From contig NC_083417.1 of assembly GCF_020745735.1 (NCBI RefSeq), positions 63,116,001-63,180,000 on the forward strand: a DNA stretch of 64,000 nucleotides, read 5' to 3'. Every line of letters begins with the position of its first letter. Position 1 is the first letter of the stretch. Position numbers and translations under genes: made by a program. This DNA comes from Hemiscyllium ocellatum (Eukaryota). The notes under the pieces were generated by a model. That model was not told the origin of the DNA. It saw nothing but the letters and a program-made list of their open reading frames with translations, and did no database searches. Shown piece by piece: positions 1 through 12,149 of the stretch.

Positions 1-1138
1 TCTGACTAAAGCACAACTGTCAGGGAGCCTTGGCTGGTCCTCAGTGTAAACCAAGTCTACTCTCAGGATCCATCTTCCATTCCACAACAAAATGCCATCA
101 AACCAATAAATCATGATACCTTTCTGACACTTGGTCTCTCTCAACTCCTTAGCCCTGGTAATGTTTTACAGCTGACCTGCCCCCCCTCCCCCTCCTAAGT
201 AGTCATTACTTGATGCCTGTGACTACATGCAGACTGAGCTGTGGGACATCACAGCCAAGCAAATTCTCTTGCCTCTCTATCTCTAAAAGATTTCTCTGCT
301 GTGAACGATGGAACCATAGTTACTTATCCAAAGAATGCCATCTTGGCTAGGATCAAATGGCTAAACATCAAGTAAATGAGATGTGGCGAGTCTGATTTTT
401 GTGGCTGTCTGATGTATGGCTGCTTTGAGTTTTGGAACACTTGTATATCCAGTTTCCAAGACAAAACTATGATTTACCTGTGCAAAACTTTCAGTAAGGA
501 ATACACTTAAAGTTCTCACTTGTGCAATCTCTTAATAGACCAACCTGGTAACTTAGGTTACAACTCAATTTCTTATCCCAAATGGTAGAGGCAATGCTTT
601 TGTAGTTTTCACTTTTGGCTGACCAACACACTTTGAGCAACTGAGAAGCCACGAAGTGAGTTAATTTTGGGCTTTGGTCCAGTTATTTGTAAACTTTAAA
701 TCTCAATGGTGAAAGAAACCAGCATGACTTAAGGGGTGAATTAAATTTTAAATTGTGCACAGAAAGCCAAATAAAATTGGATTAAGAGACTAAGGAAAGG
801 AACTTAATTTTTGAATTTACTCCATGCAAGAATAGTGCATGCTAATCTAAATCTTTCAGGCTGGATTGGTTGATTTACTGTTGCACTATTTTCCCATGAG
901 AATTTAATATGTGATCTTTTCAAGCAGAGCTTGACCTTCCAGCAGTGAGGTTTAATGCAAAACGACAGCAAGGTTGAGGGTCTGACCAAATTGTCTTGGT
1001 CATGTAGAAGGCATGTTAACTTGCTTTCCTGCAAGTTTTTGGCTGCTGTCTTTACTATTTTTACTATATGCAGTTGCTAGCATATTTGATAATTGTGACA
1101 CAACTCTTGGTTCCGGTAGTCCTTAATAATCTGTTTGA

Positions 1139-1279
<141 letters not shown>

Positions 1280-1988
1280 TGAACATATTACTGAGTTTTT
1301 TTTTGTTTTTGAGATTACAGAATGCTTAAAGCTCATAGTTGAGTGCACATTGGAAAAGGGGCTGAGGGAAGATTTTGAATTGGGGAAAGTCTGAAGCAAC
1401 TTACCATAGAAATGGCTTAACTGATACTAGTCATGAATTTTGTCTAAATTGACTTGTACATTTTAACAGCAAAAGTTATGCAGGGTCTTATGGGAAAGTT
1501 TGGCGGGAGGCTTATCTGGAACATTGTAAGCATCGCACTCTAGTTTCTCTGAAATTTCCCCTTTTACAACTTCACAGTTTTCTTAGGCAAATTGAAAATA
1601 TTTTTAAAACTTTGTAACAAACTGGAGAAACTCAGCAGGTGTGATAATATCTGTGGAGACAAAACAGTAGCATTTAAATGTCAAGACTCAGACTTCCGGC
1701 ATTCTGTGCTTGCTTCCAGTTGCAAATTTCCAGAATCAAAGTATTTAGCCACCTTTTTAACTTTTGTCAAGAGTTTAAAACTGTTCCTATAAACAGTTTA
1801 ACTGACTTCAGTTTCTATTTAAAGTCCAGTTGGCTTTTGGAGCTTGCAATTTGATAACCTCAGACATGAAATCAGTTTGAAAAACATTTTGAGTTGTCAT
1901 TTTAAGATCTTTTAACTTTTTCATACTTTGGGAAGAAAATTGTGTACAATTTCAATGTACTTAAAATTGTTTTTAATTTGTATTCTAG

Positions 1989-2010
1989 GTTTAATTTTAT
2001 TTATAACTGA
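1989..2010 (+). CDS. NUDT21: NUDT21 last coding exon (FNFIYN*)
   Basis: ttctag|G TTT AAT TTT ATT TAT AAC TGA. Phase 2 matches the previous exon and completes ...LLSRFNFIYN*. Confidence 0.96.
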
Positions 2011-2720
2011 AGTTTAAGAACATGCCAAACATGAGATCATGATGGCCTGTAGGTCAAGTTTCCCTGAACATCTTCAACTGTGAATTCCGTCAGCCGCTGA
2101 CAGTTCAAGTCCATGCCAGTTGCACCTTTGCAGCATCAGATTGCCCAAATCTGGCTGATGTTTTGTTCAGTTCTACAATAATTGAAGACAAACCTAACTA
2201 GCACGTTCTTTTTTTAAGAAAATTTCTGCTCTTGTGTAACTGTTTGCGTTTTCTATTTTATTAAATGGAGAAGGATACATGATGTGGTTTTTAATTGATT
2301 AAATTTCATGTTTTTTGTATTTCGTCCTGTTCTTTTTGTAAATGGATGTAGCCTGCAACCTAAGGATTAATAACTCCATGGATTCTGTTGTTTGGTTTCT
2401 ATGGTAGGAACACTTTCATCACCAACCTTTTTTGGACCAATAACTTTTGAGGTCAGCTTTAGCCTTGTAAACGTGTTATCTGACTTATTATCAGTTCTGG
2501 GGCTCTTATTCAAAGTTTAAACTTTTTGGTTGGGATGTTGATGCTTGCCTGTTTTACAAACATTAACTGCTGCTTCATACAGCCTTATTCAAGTGATCTG
2601 ATTTGTGTTTATGGGACTTTGCCAGTCACTGCAGTATCTGGGTATAATTGTAAAATATTTGTTCTGAGCATTAAAATTTATTTACAACCAGTCCCACAGT
2701 AAAGGTTAAATAGACTGATA
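2011..2720 (+). terminator. NUDT21: NUDT21 3' UTR with candidate poly(A) signals
   Basis: ATTAAA at 2260-2265, 2298-2303 and 2670-2675; the first two are followed by U/GU-rich tracts. The end coordinate is approximate. Confidence 0.55.
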
Positions 2721-3641
2721 AAGAAAAAAATTTTTGACAAAGGAAATTTTATTTGCAAATGGGGAAGATGAGCAGCGTAAGCAATTAAATTGCCTAGGTT
2801 GTGCAAATCATGGTCCTGAAAGCTAACGAACCACATACAGATTTACGGTTTCATTTGCTACTGCATCACCTGAAGATGTGTATTTCTTTCTATATTTTGC
2901 ATAATCTGAGTATGCAATAAATTAGTTGAAATCTTTCTAAACAAGAGAGGTTAACTCTATTTATTACTTATCTCTAATTGCCTTTGCTAATAGTGAGCTA
3001 TCTTTTTGAACTAGTGCAGTTTTTTTTTTAGGTACAGTAAGATGGTTCTAGGACATTGACCCCACAACAGCGAAGGAATAGTAATTGTTCCAGTCAGGAT
3101 ATTGGAGGTTAACTTTGTAGATGGAGTTCACAGGCATCTGCCCTTCTCCCAAATGGTAGAGATTGCAGTTGTGAAATATACTGTTAGAGAAACTGGTGAG
3201 TTGCCACAGTGCATCTTGCAATTGGTGCACACTACCATGACATTGGTGCCAATCAAGTGGGCTACTTTATCTTGGATGGTGTCAAACTGAGTGTTCGAGC
3301 TAGACTCATCAATGCAAGTAGAATAGCATTGACTGAGACTGCCATGTTAAGGGCTTGGATGGTGAAGAATTTGTTAAATGTGTTCTTGAAAATTTTCTTG
3401 ATCAATATGTAGACATATCTATTAGGAGCAAAACTTGACCTCTTGGGGGAAATAAGGCAGGGCAAGTGACTGAAGTGTTGATGGGGAAGCACTTTGAGAC
3501 CAGTGATAATTATTCTAGTAGTTTTAAAGTAGTCATGGAAACGGATAGGCTTTGTGAAAGTTGAAGTTCTAAATTGGAGTAACGCCATTTTTTTAAGATA
3601 CCAGACTCCACTTTCAAAAGTTGATTGGGGTAGTCTGTTGC

Positions 3642-3747
3642 ACCTGACTGACCTGACTGACCTGACTGACCTGACTGACCTGACTGACCTGACTGACCTG
3701 ACTGACCTGACTGACCTGACTGACCTGACTGACCTGACTGACCTGAC
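3642..3747. repeat. 9-bp tandem repeat (ACCTGACTG)x~11.8
   Basis: Perfect 9-mer array read directly; explains the SGQ and LTD repeat ORFs. Confidence 0.97.
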
Positions 3748-3839
3748 ACATTAACTCTGATTTTCTGTGCACAGATGCTGTCAGACCAGCTGAGCTTTTA
3801 CAATGAAAAATAGAAAATGCTGGAAATGAGAATTCAGAG

Positions 3840-5640
3840 GCATGATGTTCCTCTTAGGGAAGGGTAAGGTGGATAAGAGTAGGGAACAGTGGCTGAATTA
3901 AGATAATGAGGTTCTGGAATCTTTTGAGTATAAGGAATGCAGAGACATTTTGAAAGGGAAATCAGAGGGCAAAAAGGAGTGAGATGCCTGTGGCAGAAAA
4001 GGTTAATGATGATCCAAAGAGGTTCGACGATACAGAAAGAACTAGAGAGAACAGTCCTTTTTTAAATATCACTTGGGTAATCTATGTAGATTCACAGAAG
4101 ATGGGTAAGAAACTAAACAAGTATTTCCTGTCAGTATTTACTGAAGAAAGCTGGGGAACTTTGGAAAGTATTGATCTGTTAAACTGTCCACATTATAGAA
4201 GTGCAGGAGATCATTTGGAGTGGTGGAGGAGTGGTTCTCCAGGACATTGTGGAAAGTTATGAAACAAATTGCCAGGCCCTGTCAGATTTCCTTTCAATAA
4301 GTATGGGTGAGGTGCTGGAGAATTAGTGGTAGTTAACCTTGTGCCTTTATTTAAGGAGGGACTGTAAGGAAAAGCCTGGGAGTCTGATGTTGGAGGTTTT
4401 GAAAGTCTGCATGCATTTGGAGAGGCAAGGGCTCTTTAGGGACAGTCTGTGTGGCTTAGTGCATGCAATATTATGTCTCACTAACTTGAGTGTTTTGATG
4501 ACATAACCAAAAAGATTGTGAATACTTTAGTAGACATTGTCTACATGGACTTTAGTGAAACCTTTTGACAAGGTTCTGTAGGGTACACTGATTACTAAAA
4601 TTACATCACCTAGGATTCAGAGGGATCTTGTCAATTGGATACAAAATGGTTTGATGGTAGATGTGGTGAAGGGTTGTTTTTCAGACTGGAGGCCTGTGAC
4701 CAGCAGTATTCCAGAGGGATCTGTGCTGGATCTACTGGTGCTGGTCAATTTTTTTTTTTAAAAATCCCTCTAGTGGAAACAGACCATGAGGCCCAGTGGG
4801 TCCAGATTGACCTATCTCTGTAACCCTGCATTTCCTATGGCTAATTCACCTCGTCTGTCCATCCCTGAACATTGTAGGGATTTCAGCATAGTCCACCCAT
4901 CTAACTTGCACATTTTTTGGACTGTGGGAAGAAACAGGAGTACCCATGCAGACATGGGGAGAACGTGCACACTCCACAGTTACCAAAGAGGGGAATTGAA
5001 CCTGGGACCCTGGTGGTGTGAGGCACTGCTGCTAACCACTCTGCTGAGTGTTGTGTAAATAATTTGGATGGACGTTTAGGAGACATGGTTGGAAGTTTGC
5101 AGATGTCATCAAAATTTAATGGTATAAGTAGATAGTGAAGAAGGTTATCCAAGATTGACCAAATGGATCAAGATTCCTTTGTAATGGGTGGAGTGGTAGA
5201 TGGAGTTTACTATGGATAAATGAGGGCATTACATTTTGGTAGAGTGGTTAAGGGCAGCATATTCACAGTTCATGGCTGGGCCCTGGGTATTGTGAAACAG
5301 AGACTTAAGAGTTCAGGGATATAATTTGAAGGTTGTCACCTGTTGACTGGATTGTTAAGATGTTTAGTATGTTCACTTTTTTATTGTTCAGTCCATTGAG
5401 TATAGGAGTTGGGATGTCATATTGAGGTTGTGCAAAAGTTTTGTCAGGCTTTTGGAGTACTGTGTACAGTTCTGATTGTCCTACTGTAGGAAGGATATTA
5501 AATTGGAGAGGGTCAGGAAAGGTTAATCCAGATATTGCTAGGTCTGGAGGGTGAGCGTTATAAGGAGAGGCTGAACAGGCTAGGACTTTTTCTGGTGGGT
5601 GAGGGGTGACATTAGAGGTATGAAATCATGGATTTGTTTG
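3840..5640 (+). mobile_element. Degraded CR1-type LINE fragments, interrupted by a SINE
   Basis: Decayed RT-like coding remnants similar to the CR1 copies at 36-39 kb and 54-56 kb; many stops. Boundaries approximate. Confidence 0.75.
4761..5045 (-). mobile_element. HE1-type (V-SINE) tRNA-derived SINE, diverged
   Basis: Recognisable alignment to the young copy at 55141-55451 (gtggaaacag..., tttggactgtgggaagaaac, gggaattgaacctggg). Confidence 0.8.
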
Positions 5641-8600
5641 TCAAACTAGTGTTTTTCTGCAAACATTTTGTTGCCTAGCTAGGTGATTATCGTCAGTGTG
5701 TCTTTGATAGGGTGTTGGTGGTCTGCCCTGCCTGCTACTTCTGCTTCAGTTTGTTGGTATTTCTGACTCTGTATCTGAGTGGTCTGTATGTGTAGTCTTG
5801 CAAGTTCCAGTTGGAATGCAAGGTTTCAAGTGTGATTGACCAGCACTCTTATTACCAACACAATGAAGGGCACCTATTCAATTGGGGTGATGTAACCATC
5901 CTAACACAGGCAAAACAGACTTGTTAAAGGATTCCTTGAAGCCTGGCACTCCAACCGGAATTCTATCAATAGGCATGTTGTATGTAGGGTCCAGTTCAAA
6001 CCACTCATACAGTACTGGAAGTACCAACAAATTGCGACCTAAATACCGATAGGACAGGCCACCAACACCTTAAAGATGTACTGATGAAATCGCCCAGCAA
6101 TGTGACCAAATGTTTGCAGAAAAACACCAACACAGTGAGCAAATCCACGACCTCATCCACAACCCAAGCAACAAATCTTCCCAAGAGTTAGAGATTTATC
6201 AAGTCATAGGGGGCATAGTAAGGTATTTCCTCCTAGGATGGGGGAGTTCAAAACTAGAGGGCAGATATTTAAACCGGAGAGAAGAATGGTTGATTTAAAA
6301 GGGGTCAGAAGTCAACTTTTTTTTTCAGGGTGCTTTTAATGTGCAATGAACTGCTAGAGGCAGTGGTGGATACAGGTACAGACAACATTTAAAAGCCATT
6401 TTGACAGATGTAGAATAGGACTGGTTTGGAGGAATATGGGCCAAATGCAGACAGGTGGCACTGGTTTAATTTGGGAAATCTGATTCGCAAGAACAGGTTG
6501 GACTGAAGGGTCAGTTTTCAAGCTGTTTGACTGACATTCCTGACCGACTTGATTGGAGTTGCTTGTTGCGGGGTTTCCAGTTGCTAGCCTATTATTTTAG
6601 CTACGTTTCTGATAGTCCAACTCCTTTTCTGGTCAATATTAGCACCCAGGATGTTGATAGGCAATTCAGTGATGTAATGCCATTGAATACCACAGGGTAA
6701 ATTTAAAGTTTTTAGTATTGAGAAATTATTTGACTAGTATTACAGTCCAAATCTTGATGTGATCTGGCTCTTTTTGTATGAGGTATGTCAGTTGAGTCAT
6801 TACACAATTTACAACACAATTCACAATGATCAGACATTCCCACGTCCTACTGTACAAGGTAAGATCATTGAAGCAACTGCAGGTGATTATAGGGTAGTGT
6901 CCTAGGCGCACAGCTGGGGTTGGTGTGGCATAGTAGTGTATCTACCTTTTTGAGCTAGAAGACATTGGTTCATCTACCTCAGAAGTACGAAATCACCTCT
7001 GTGAATAAATTGCTAAGAGTTCTCCAGAGAAGATATTTTCAGTTCTGACATGATTAACCTCCGATGACAAACCATCATCCTTTTGTGCTAAGAATGACTC
7101 CAACCAGTGTAAAGTACCTTAGTCCATTTTAATTTGGATCAAGCCTCTAAGTCTGAAGCCAAGTGGCTGTACCACACCCAAACTGAGTTCAGCAATAGAC
7201 AATTACTGATTGGTAATGCTTTTGAGCTGCTACTATCCCTTCTGATGGAAATTGGTAATAAGGTAATTGGATTTGTCCTTTTTTTGTGTGTGGCTAGGTC
7301 ATACCTTGGCAATTTTACACATGGCGCATCCAGTTTTGTGGCTTTTCTGAAACAACCTGGCTAGGGGCATTAATAGATCTGGGAAATGCTGGCTATTGCA
7401 AAAGCAGGTGTATTGTTTTTTACTGGGTCAACTGCACTAAACGGTCTACTGCAATTACTCAGCAAAATGCTTTGATTTATAAAGTTGGCTTGTGCGAGGA
7501 GATCTATGATGTGTAAAGACAAGTGACGAGTATGAAGACCGTTGTTAACGAAAGTGCTTGGAGTTGGGAAGGTGAAAATGAACTTGTTTGAGCCAAGTGC
7601 TTTATTTCAAATATGGTCTCTGAACACTCGGTGGTTATTGCTGGTCTCTGGCTGTTGAGTAGCCCAACATAATTTATTTTCACTTTATATTCTTTGTTCA
7701 CAGTTTTCTCCTCTGTCCACCCCAAATGATCTGTTGAACTCGTGGCACCAAATAATTATCTGGTTATATGACTTAGCCATGGAATTGTTTGTTTTTTCCT
7801 CTGTCCTATTTGAATTTCTAGAAGTCCCTTTCATGTCAGTTGTACTAAGAATTTAACTGATTTTAAATGTTCTTCACTGCAAAACATATTGGGCCTAGAC
7901 AATGTGCACATTTGTGTGTGTGTGAGTGTGATGCAGCACTCCCTTATCATAGCCAGATCTCTTATTAACCCTGTTGGACTTCTAGGTTTTGACCCGAACT
8001 GAATTGTGTTTCTCTGGGAAAAGCAAAAAACAAGTTGCTACCTGTGGTCTCTAGTATACTTTAATGAGTTTCCCTCTACTGGGTTTCTGCACCTGTCCTC
8101 TGAAACATGGCTATTTTAAAATAGGATCAGTTAATGAAGTTTGTGAATGTTGCTGATGAAGGACACAATGCATCTTGTATATCCAGTACTGTAAAGTATT
8201 GCCGAACATTATTTTAAACATAACATTGGTCTTCTTTAGTATAATTGGTTGCCACTCTTTTGGACTTCAAGATTGCCTTACAGAGCTGAGATCTCAAGCC
8301 TTGCCTGGTACTTTATTGAAGTAATAGCTTGCAATAGTTCTTAAAGTCATCCAAATGTGTGCAATGTCCACCATGATCTGGAGCATATTATGAATGTTGT
8401 GCCTAGGGGAGAAGAAAACTTGCTGTCCAAACTCCTTGATGTAGTAGAGTTGATATTGAACAGTAGACTCATGATTGAGGTGGTGTAATGAGATCACACA
8501 ATTGACAAGAGTAAGCAAAAAAAATCGCCAGTATCAAATGGACATGTGAACAGATCTTTGACATTGTACTAGAGAGCTGTATTTGAGAATGTACAATGTA

Positions 8601-8939
8601 CAGATGTAAATAAAGGAGTGTTACCATACATAAGCATTTGAAGTTAATGAGCAAGCAGGTTCATCTACAGATGTGCCAGTGTCCAGCCTGTGATCCTGCA
8701 ATCCGGTATCTTTATCTGTAGGTAGCTGTACTGACTTTCTGCATATTCTGCCAGTTTACTGCCCCAATATTGAAAGTGATATTTAACTTTACTGTCACTA
8801 CTCAACATCCACATACAATGCTTGCGATGTTCCAGTCTGTTGTCTTTCCAGTAGCCGCAGTAAAGTGTGTGTGATATGTTTTTAATGTATAATTAAATAT
8901 CCGACACCTCTACCTTTCAAATAGCTCACATCTTCAGAC

Positions 8940-8945
8940 TTTATT
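8940..8945 (-). terminator. Candidate poly(A) signal of receptor A
   Basis: AATAAA on the minus strand, 7 nt after the stop codon of the last exon. Confidence 0.45.
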
Positions 8946-8952
8946 TGGGTTC

Positions 8953-9093
8953 TCAGCTTTTCTCTTTGTTTTTCACTTTTACTTCTGAGTATACTGTATG
9001 GTTGTTTTGCTGCTCAGGTTTTGGTGCTTTCTTAAAATTAGCAAGCTGTAATACTGCATAAGATACAGTGTTATCTTCATCTCTTTGTTCAGT
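8953..9093 (-). CDS. Receptor A exon 6: cytoplasmic tail with ITIM and ITSM
   Basis: attactttcacag|ACT...AGC TGA, phase 0, 141 nt: TEQRDEDNT-VSYAVL-QLANFKKAPKPEQQNNH-TVYSEV-KVKNKEKS*. A same-length paralog lies at 31718-31858. Confidence 0.85.
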   Translation of the reverse strand, partial: TEQRDEDNTVSYAVLQLANFKKAPKPEQQNNHTVYSEVKVKNKEKS

Positions 9094-10404
9094 CTGTGAA
9101 AGTAATATTAAAGATCACCTGTTAGTCCATAACCTTAATTGCCTCAAGCAATGAGGTAAATAATAGCTACCTTCCCCTATACATGTACCTACACCATATG
9201 AACTGCAGCAGTGTATGGGGATTAAATGCTGGCTAGCCAGTGCCACCCATATCCCACGAATAATTTAAAAATATAGTCAAATTGAGGCAGAGGGCAAAGT
9301 CAATGGGGAGTTTCTTCCTCAGAGCAATTAAGTTTGACCCTCTTTCAATGCTTCATCAGTGAAGGTCTGAAAGTTAATTTCATAAACATACCCATTCAGT
9401 TTCCTTCTGCCATCACTGATCATCTCCGTTTCTTCGACAGTGTTGCCCATTAACTTCTGGATGATTACCAAAAGTAACAAAAACAAACACTGCACGCCTT
9501 TTAATCTCTTTCCCAAAAGCTTACATAATAGTCGCTGTCGCATGTACTAGCGCGAATAGTTTTTTTTTCCTTGTCTGGTTCAATTAAACCTGTCACAATC
9601 TTGGACACCTCTATTACATCACCAATTTCCTTTACGAAGTGGAGAACTACTCTACTCTTCCAACTTAATCTCCTAGATAAAATCTCCCATCTTAGTACAT
9701 CTGCTCTGTATCCTCTCAAGGACCCACACAGTCTTCCTCAAATGTGGCAAGGAAGCAGGCCCTGCCTTTACTACCTTTCCTCCAACCCAAACCCCCCTCC
9801 CCCTATTAATTTCTCAGTCCCTTTCCCCTCCCCAGACCTGCTGAAGGGTCATGCCCGAAACGCCGGCTCTCTTGCTACTCCGACTCTGTCGGACCTGCTG
9901 TGTTTTTTCCAGCGGCACACTTTATCGACTCTCAACCTCCGCAAGAAAGGCTTCAAGTTCCATGCTGTATTCATTAATCTGACAGAGAGGCTAGCCAACT
10001 GCTACCCCAATCAGAAATGTATGTTACACTTATAAAAAAGTTATCTTAACCTTATAAATAATGATATAGTATGCCAAAGCAAATCGTTTGTGTTTAACAC
10101 TGTAAATCATTGGTTATAGCTCAGTTGAATCGTGGTGCCCTATATTGGTCTTTCCATTTTGAAGGAGGATGTAACATCCGGGAAAGGATGCAGAAGAGAT
10201 TTTCTGCAATGGTGTTGTGGGTGAGAGACTACCGTTATGTTGGGGACTCCAGAATATGTGTGATTGATATCCTTGGGACTGAGAACGATAAGGGGCGATC
10301 TGAGAGTCACAAAGATACGGCAAGTCAGTGTAAACGGTGAGGAATTGAGCTGATTGGATAGGTATTTTCAAAGGTCCTCACAGGGTATTTGAGTCCTATG
10401 ATTC

Positions 10405-10794
10405 TGTGGCATTTAATTGGGTTGCACTACTGCCTCACATCCTCAGGAGTGTCTGTGTGGAGTTTGCACATTCTTGCTATGCCTGCCGTGGGTTTCCTCC
10501 CATAATCTAAAGACGTGCGGGTTAGGTGAATTGACTATGCTAAATTGCCGTAGTGTTCAGGGATGTGTAGGTTAGGTACATTAGTGAGGGGTAAATGACG
10601 ATGTGCAAGGTTAGGTGATTTGGCCATGCCAACTTGTCCGTGGTGTTCAGGGATGTGTAGGTTATGTAGATTAGTTAGGGCTAAATGTAGAGTAGGAAGG
10701 GAAGTGGATCTGGGTGGGTTACCCTTCGGAGGGGTTGTGTGGACTTGTTGGGCCGAAGGGCCTGTTTCCACACTGTAGGGATTCTATGATTCTA
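10405..10794 (+). mobile_element. HE1-type SINE with internal duplication
   Basis: Similar to the other HE1 copies; the segment gtagtgttcagggatgtgtaggtta occurs twice. Confidence 0.8.
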
Positions 10795-10857
10795 ATTAAT
10801 GTTCCTAGATGATTGGAGTCATTCTGAACCGCTCTCTTCGGAACATTATCACCCTAC

Positions 10858-10892
10858 CTGCTTTTCATCTTGATTCACTTGCGCCGAAATGC
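10858..10892 (-). CDS. Receptor A exon 5: first cytoplasmic exon
   Basis: ccttttctttcctttag|GC...AAG CAG|gtaggg, 35 nt, phase 1->0: (G)ISAQVNQDEKQ. The paralog at 46349-46392 shares the acceptor ttttctttcctttag. Confidence 0.8.
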
Positions 10893-11462
10893 CTAAAGGA
10901 AAGAAAAGGAGCCCACCTTGAATAATGTATTGAGCGTACTCACAAAACCGGTAACCTAGCAGGGTCAAGAAGTCCAACTCACAAAATGCTGTGCATGACC
11001 TTCCTAAAATCTGCATTGAAGCTGTACACAACGGCTCAGAGTTTGTTTCTGTGGGTTGGTGTCAAACAGGTGGTAAGTCCACAGTCCTTTTTGCATCGCA
11101 ATGCAGCTTTGGAGATACAATCTGAATAGCAGTCCAGATTTTATCATTTCAAAATTAATATATTTCAAGGTCTGGACTCTTATTTTAAAAACGAGATTTC
11201 GTGTAGAAATCGACGAAACATTTTGAATGAGAAGGTGAAATCCTCGCATTTAAAACTCGGTATATATTGTCCAACTGAACTGCTGACCGTGTAGCGGGCT
11301 TGAGATAGCAACTTCGTTATTTAAAATGCTCGTTATTTCTCTACTCTTAATCACTGTTCATCTGCGCTTTGTCTTTTTTGTGACGCTAAGACATTAAACA
11401 AAAAGACATTGGGTTTTTGTACTAGCGCGAATAGTTTTCGGAGAAATAATTAAGGTTCTTAC

Positions 11463-11567
11463 CAGCTGATGCCTTTAACTTGAGTCTTGTCAAAACGAGT
11501 ATCAGAAGTAAAATTGCCAACACGCCGCATGTCCATCCAAACGCTCGAGAGTGAGTGGCAACTTTAT
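11463..11567 (-). CDS. Receptor A exon 4: transmembrane exon
   Basis: gattctgcag|AT...GCT G|gtaaga, 105 nt, phase 1->1: DKVATHSRAFGWTCGVLAILLLILVLTRLKLKASA; hydrophobic core followed by a basic stop-transfer stretch. Confidence 0.9.
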
Positions 11568-12149
11568 CTGCAGAATCGATATTTGAGTAAGAAACTTCAG
11601 AGCATAGCGAGATTTCTACGCAGAGAATCGTGGATCTGACACAGGACGGGGATCATGTCCAATAAATATTAGTAGCTACTGATCCATTTTCTATAGGTAG
11701 TATATCTTCAAGGGTTACAACGTGTTTCAAATGACAAATCAGCTACAGGCCTGTAATGCAATTTATGGAGGGAACAGTTCCAGAAATACACAAGAGACTT
11801 CTCTCTGTACTGTTTGTCAAAAGTAAAAGGTCTTACTTTTCCAACTTCCCTTCAGCGGCCTTCCACAGTGAATCTCGCATTTGTAAAACCCCGAAAGCAT
11901 TGCAAAATGCCCCAGCGCTCTCCTCGGCACGTTATCGAACACAACCCAGACAAAAAAAAAGTGGTATGAGAACAGGTAGAGACAGATTTCGGGAGCGTGT
12001 GAAAGCAGAGAGAATCAGAGACGCGAAGGTCTTGGGGCGGGAAAGCTGGCGTTCATTATACGGAGATACCAGATGAACACATTTACATATTTTAAATGTG
12101 TAAACAGAGGATCTAAAAGTAACTGTCCTAGAACTGATTTTGTTTTAAC

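Noticed and set aside
3510-3754. ORFs with SGQ or LTD repeats resembling collagen or antifreeze-like peptides
   Set aside because: They are translations of the 9-bp tandem repeat; no splice or domain context.
2800-8900. AMFR or other gene exons expected downstream of NUDT21
   Set aside because: I found no recognisable exon translations; the region is mostly old LINE/SINE debris.
11225-11360. TIYTEF ITSM-like peptide downstream of A's TM exon
   Set aside because: Not reachable in the phase set by the TM donor and interrupted by an upstream stop; not conserved in B.
11412-11420. Perfect RSS nonamer ACAAAAACC (minus strand) in A's TM intron
   Set aside because: No CAC-starting heptamer 12 or 23 nt away; location is unrelated to a V or J segment.
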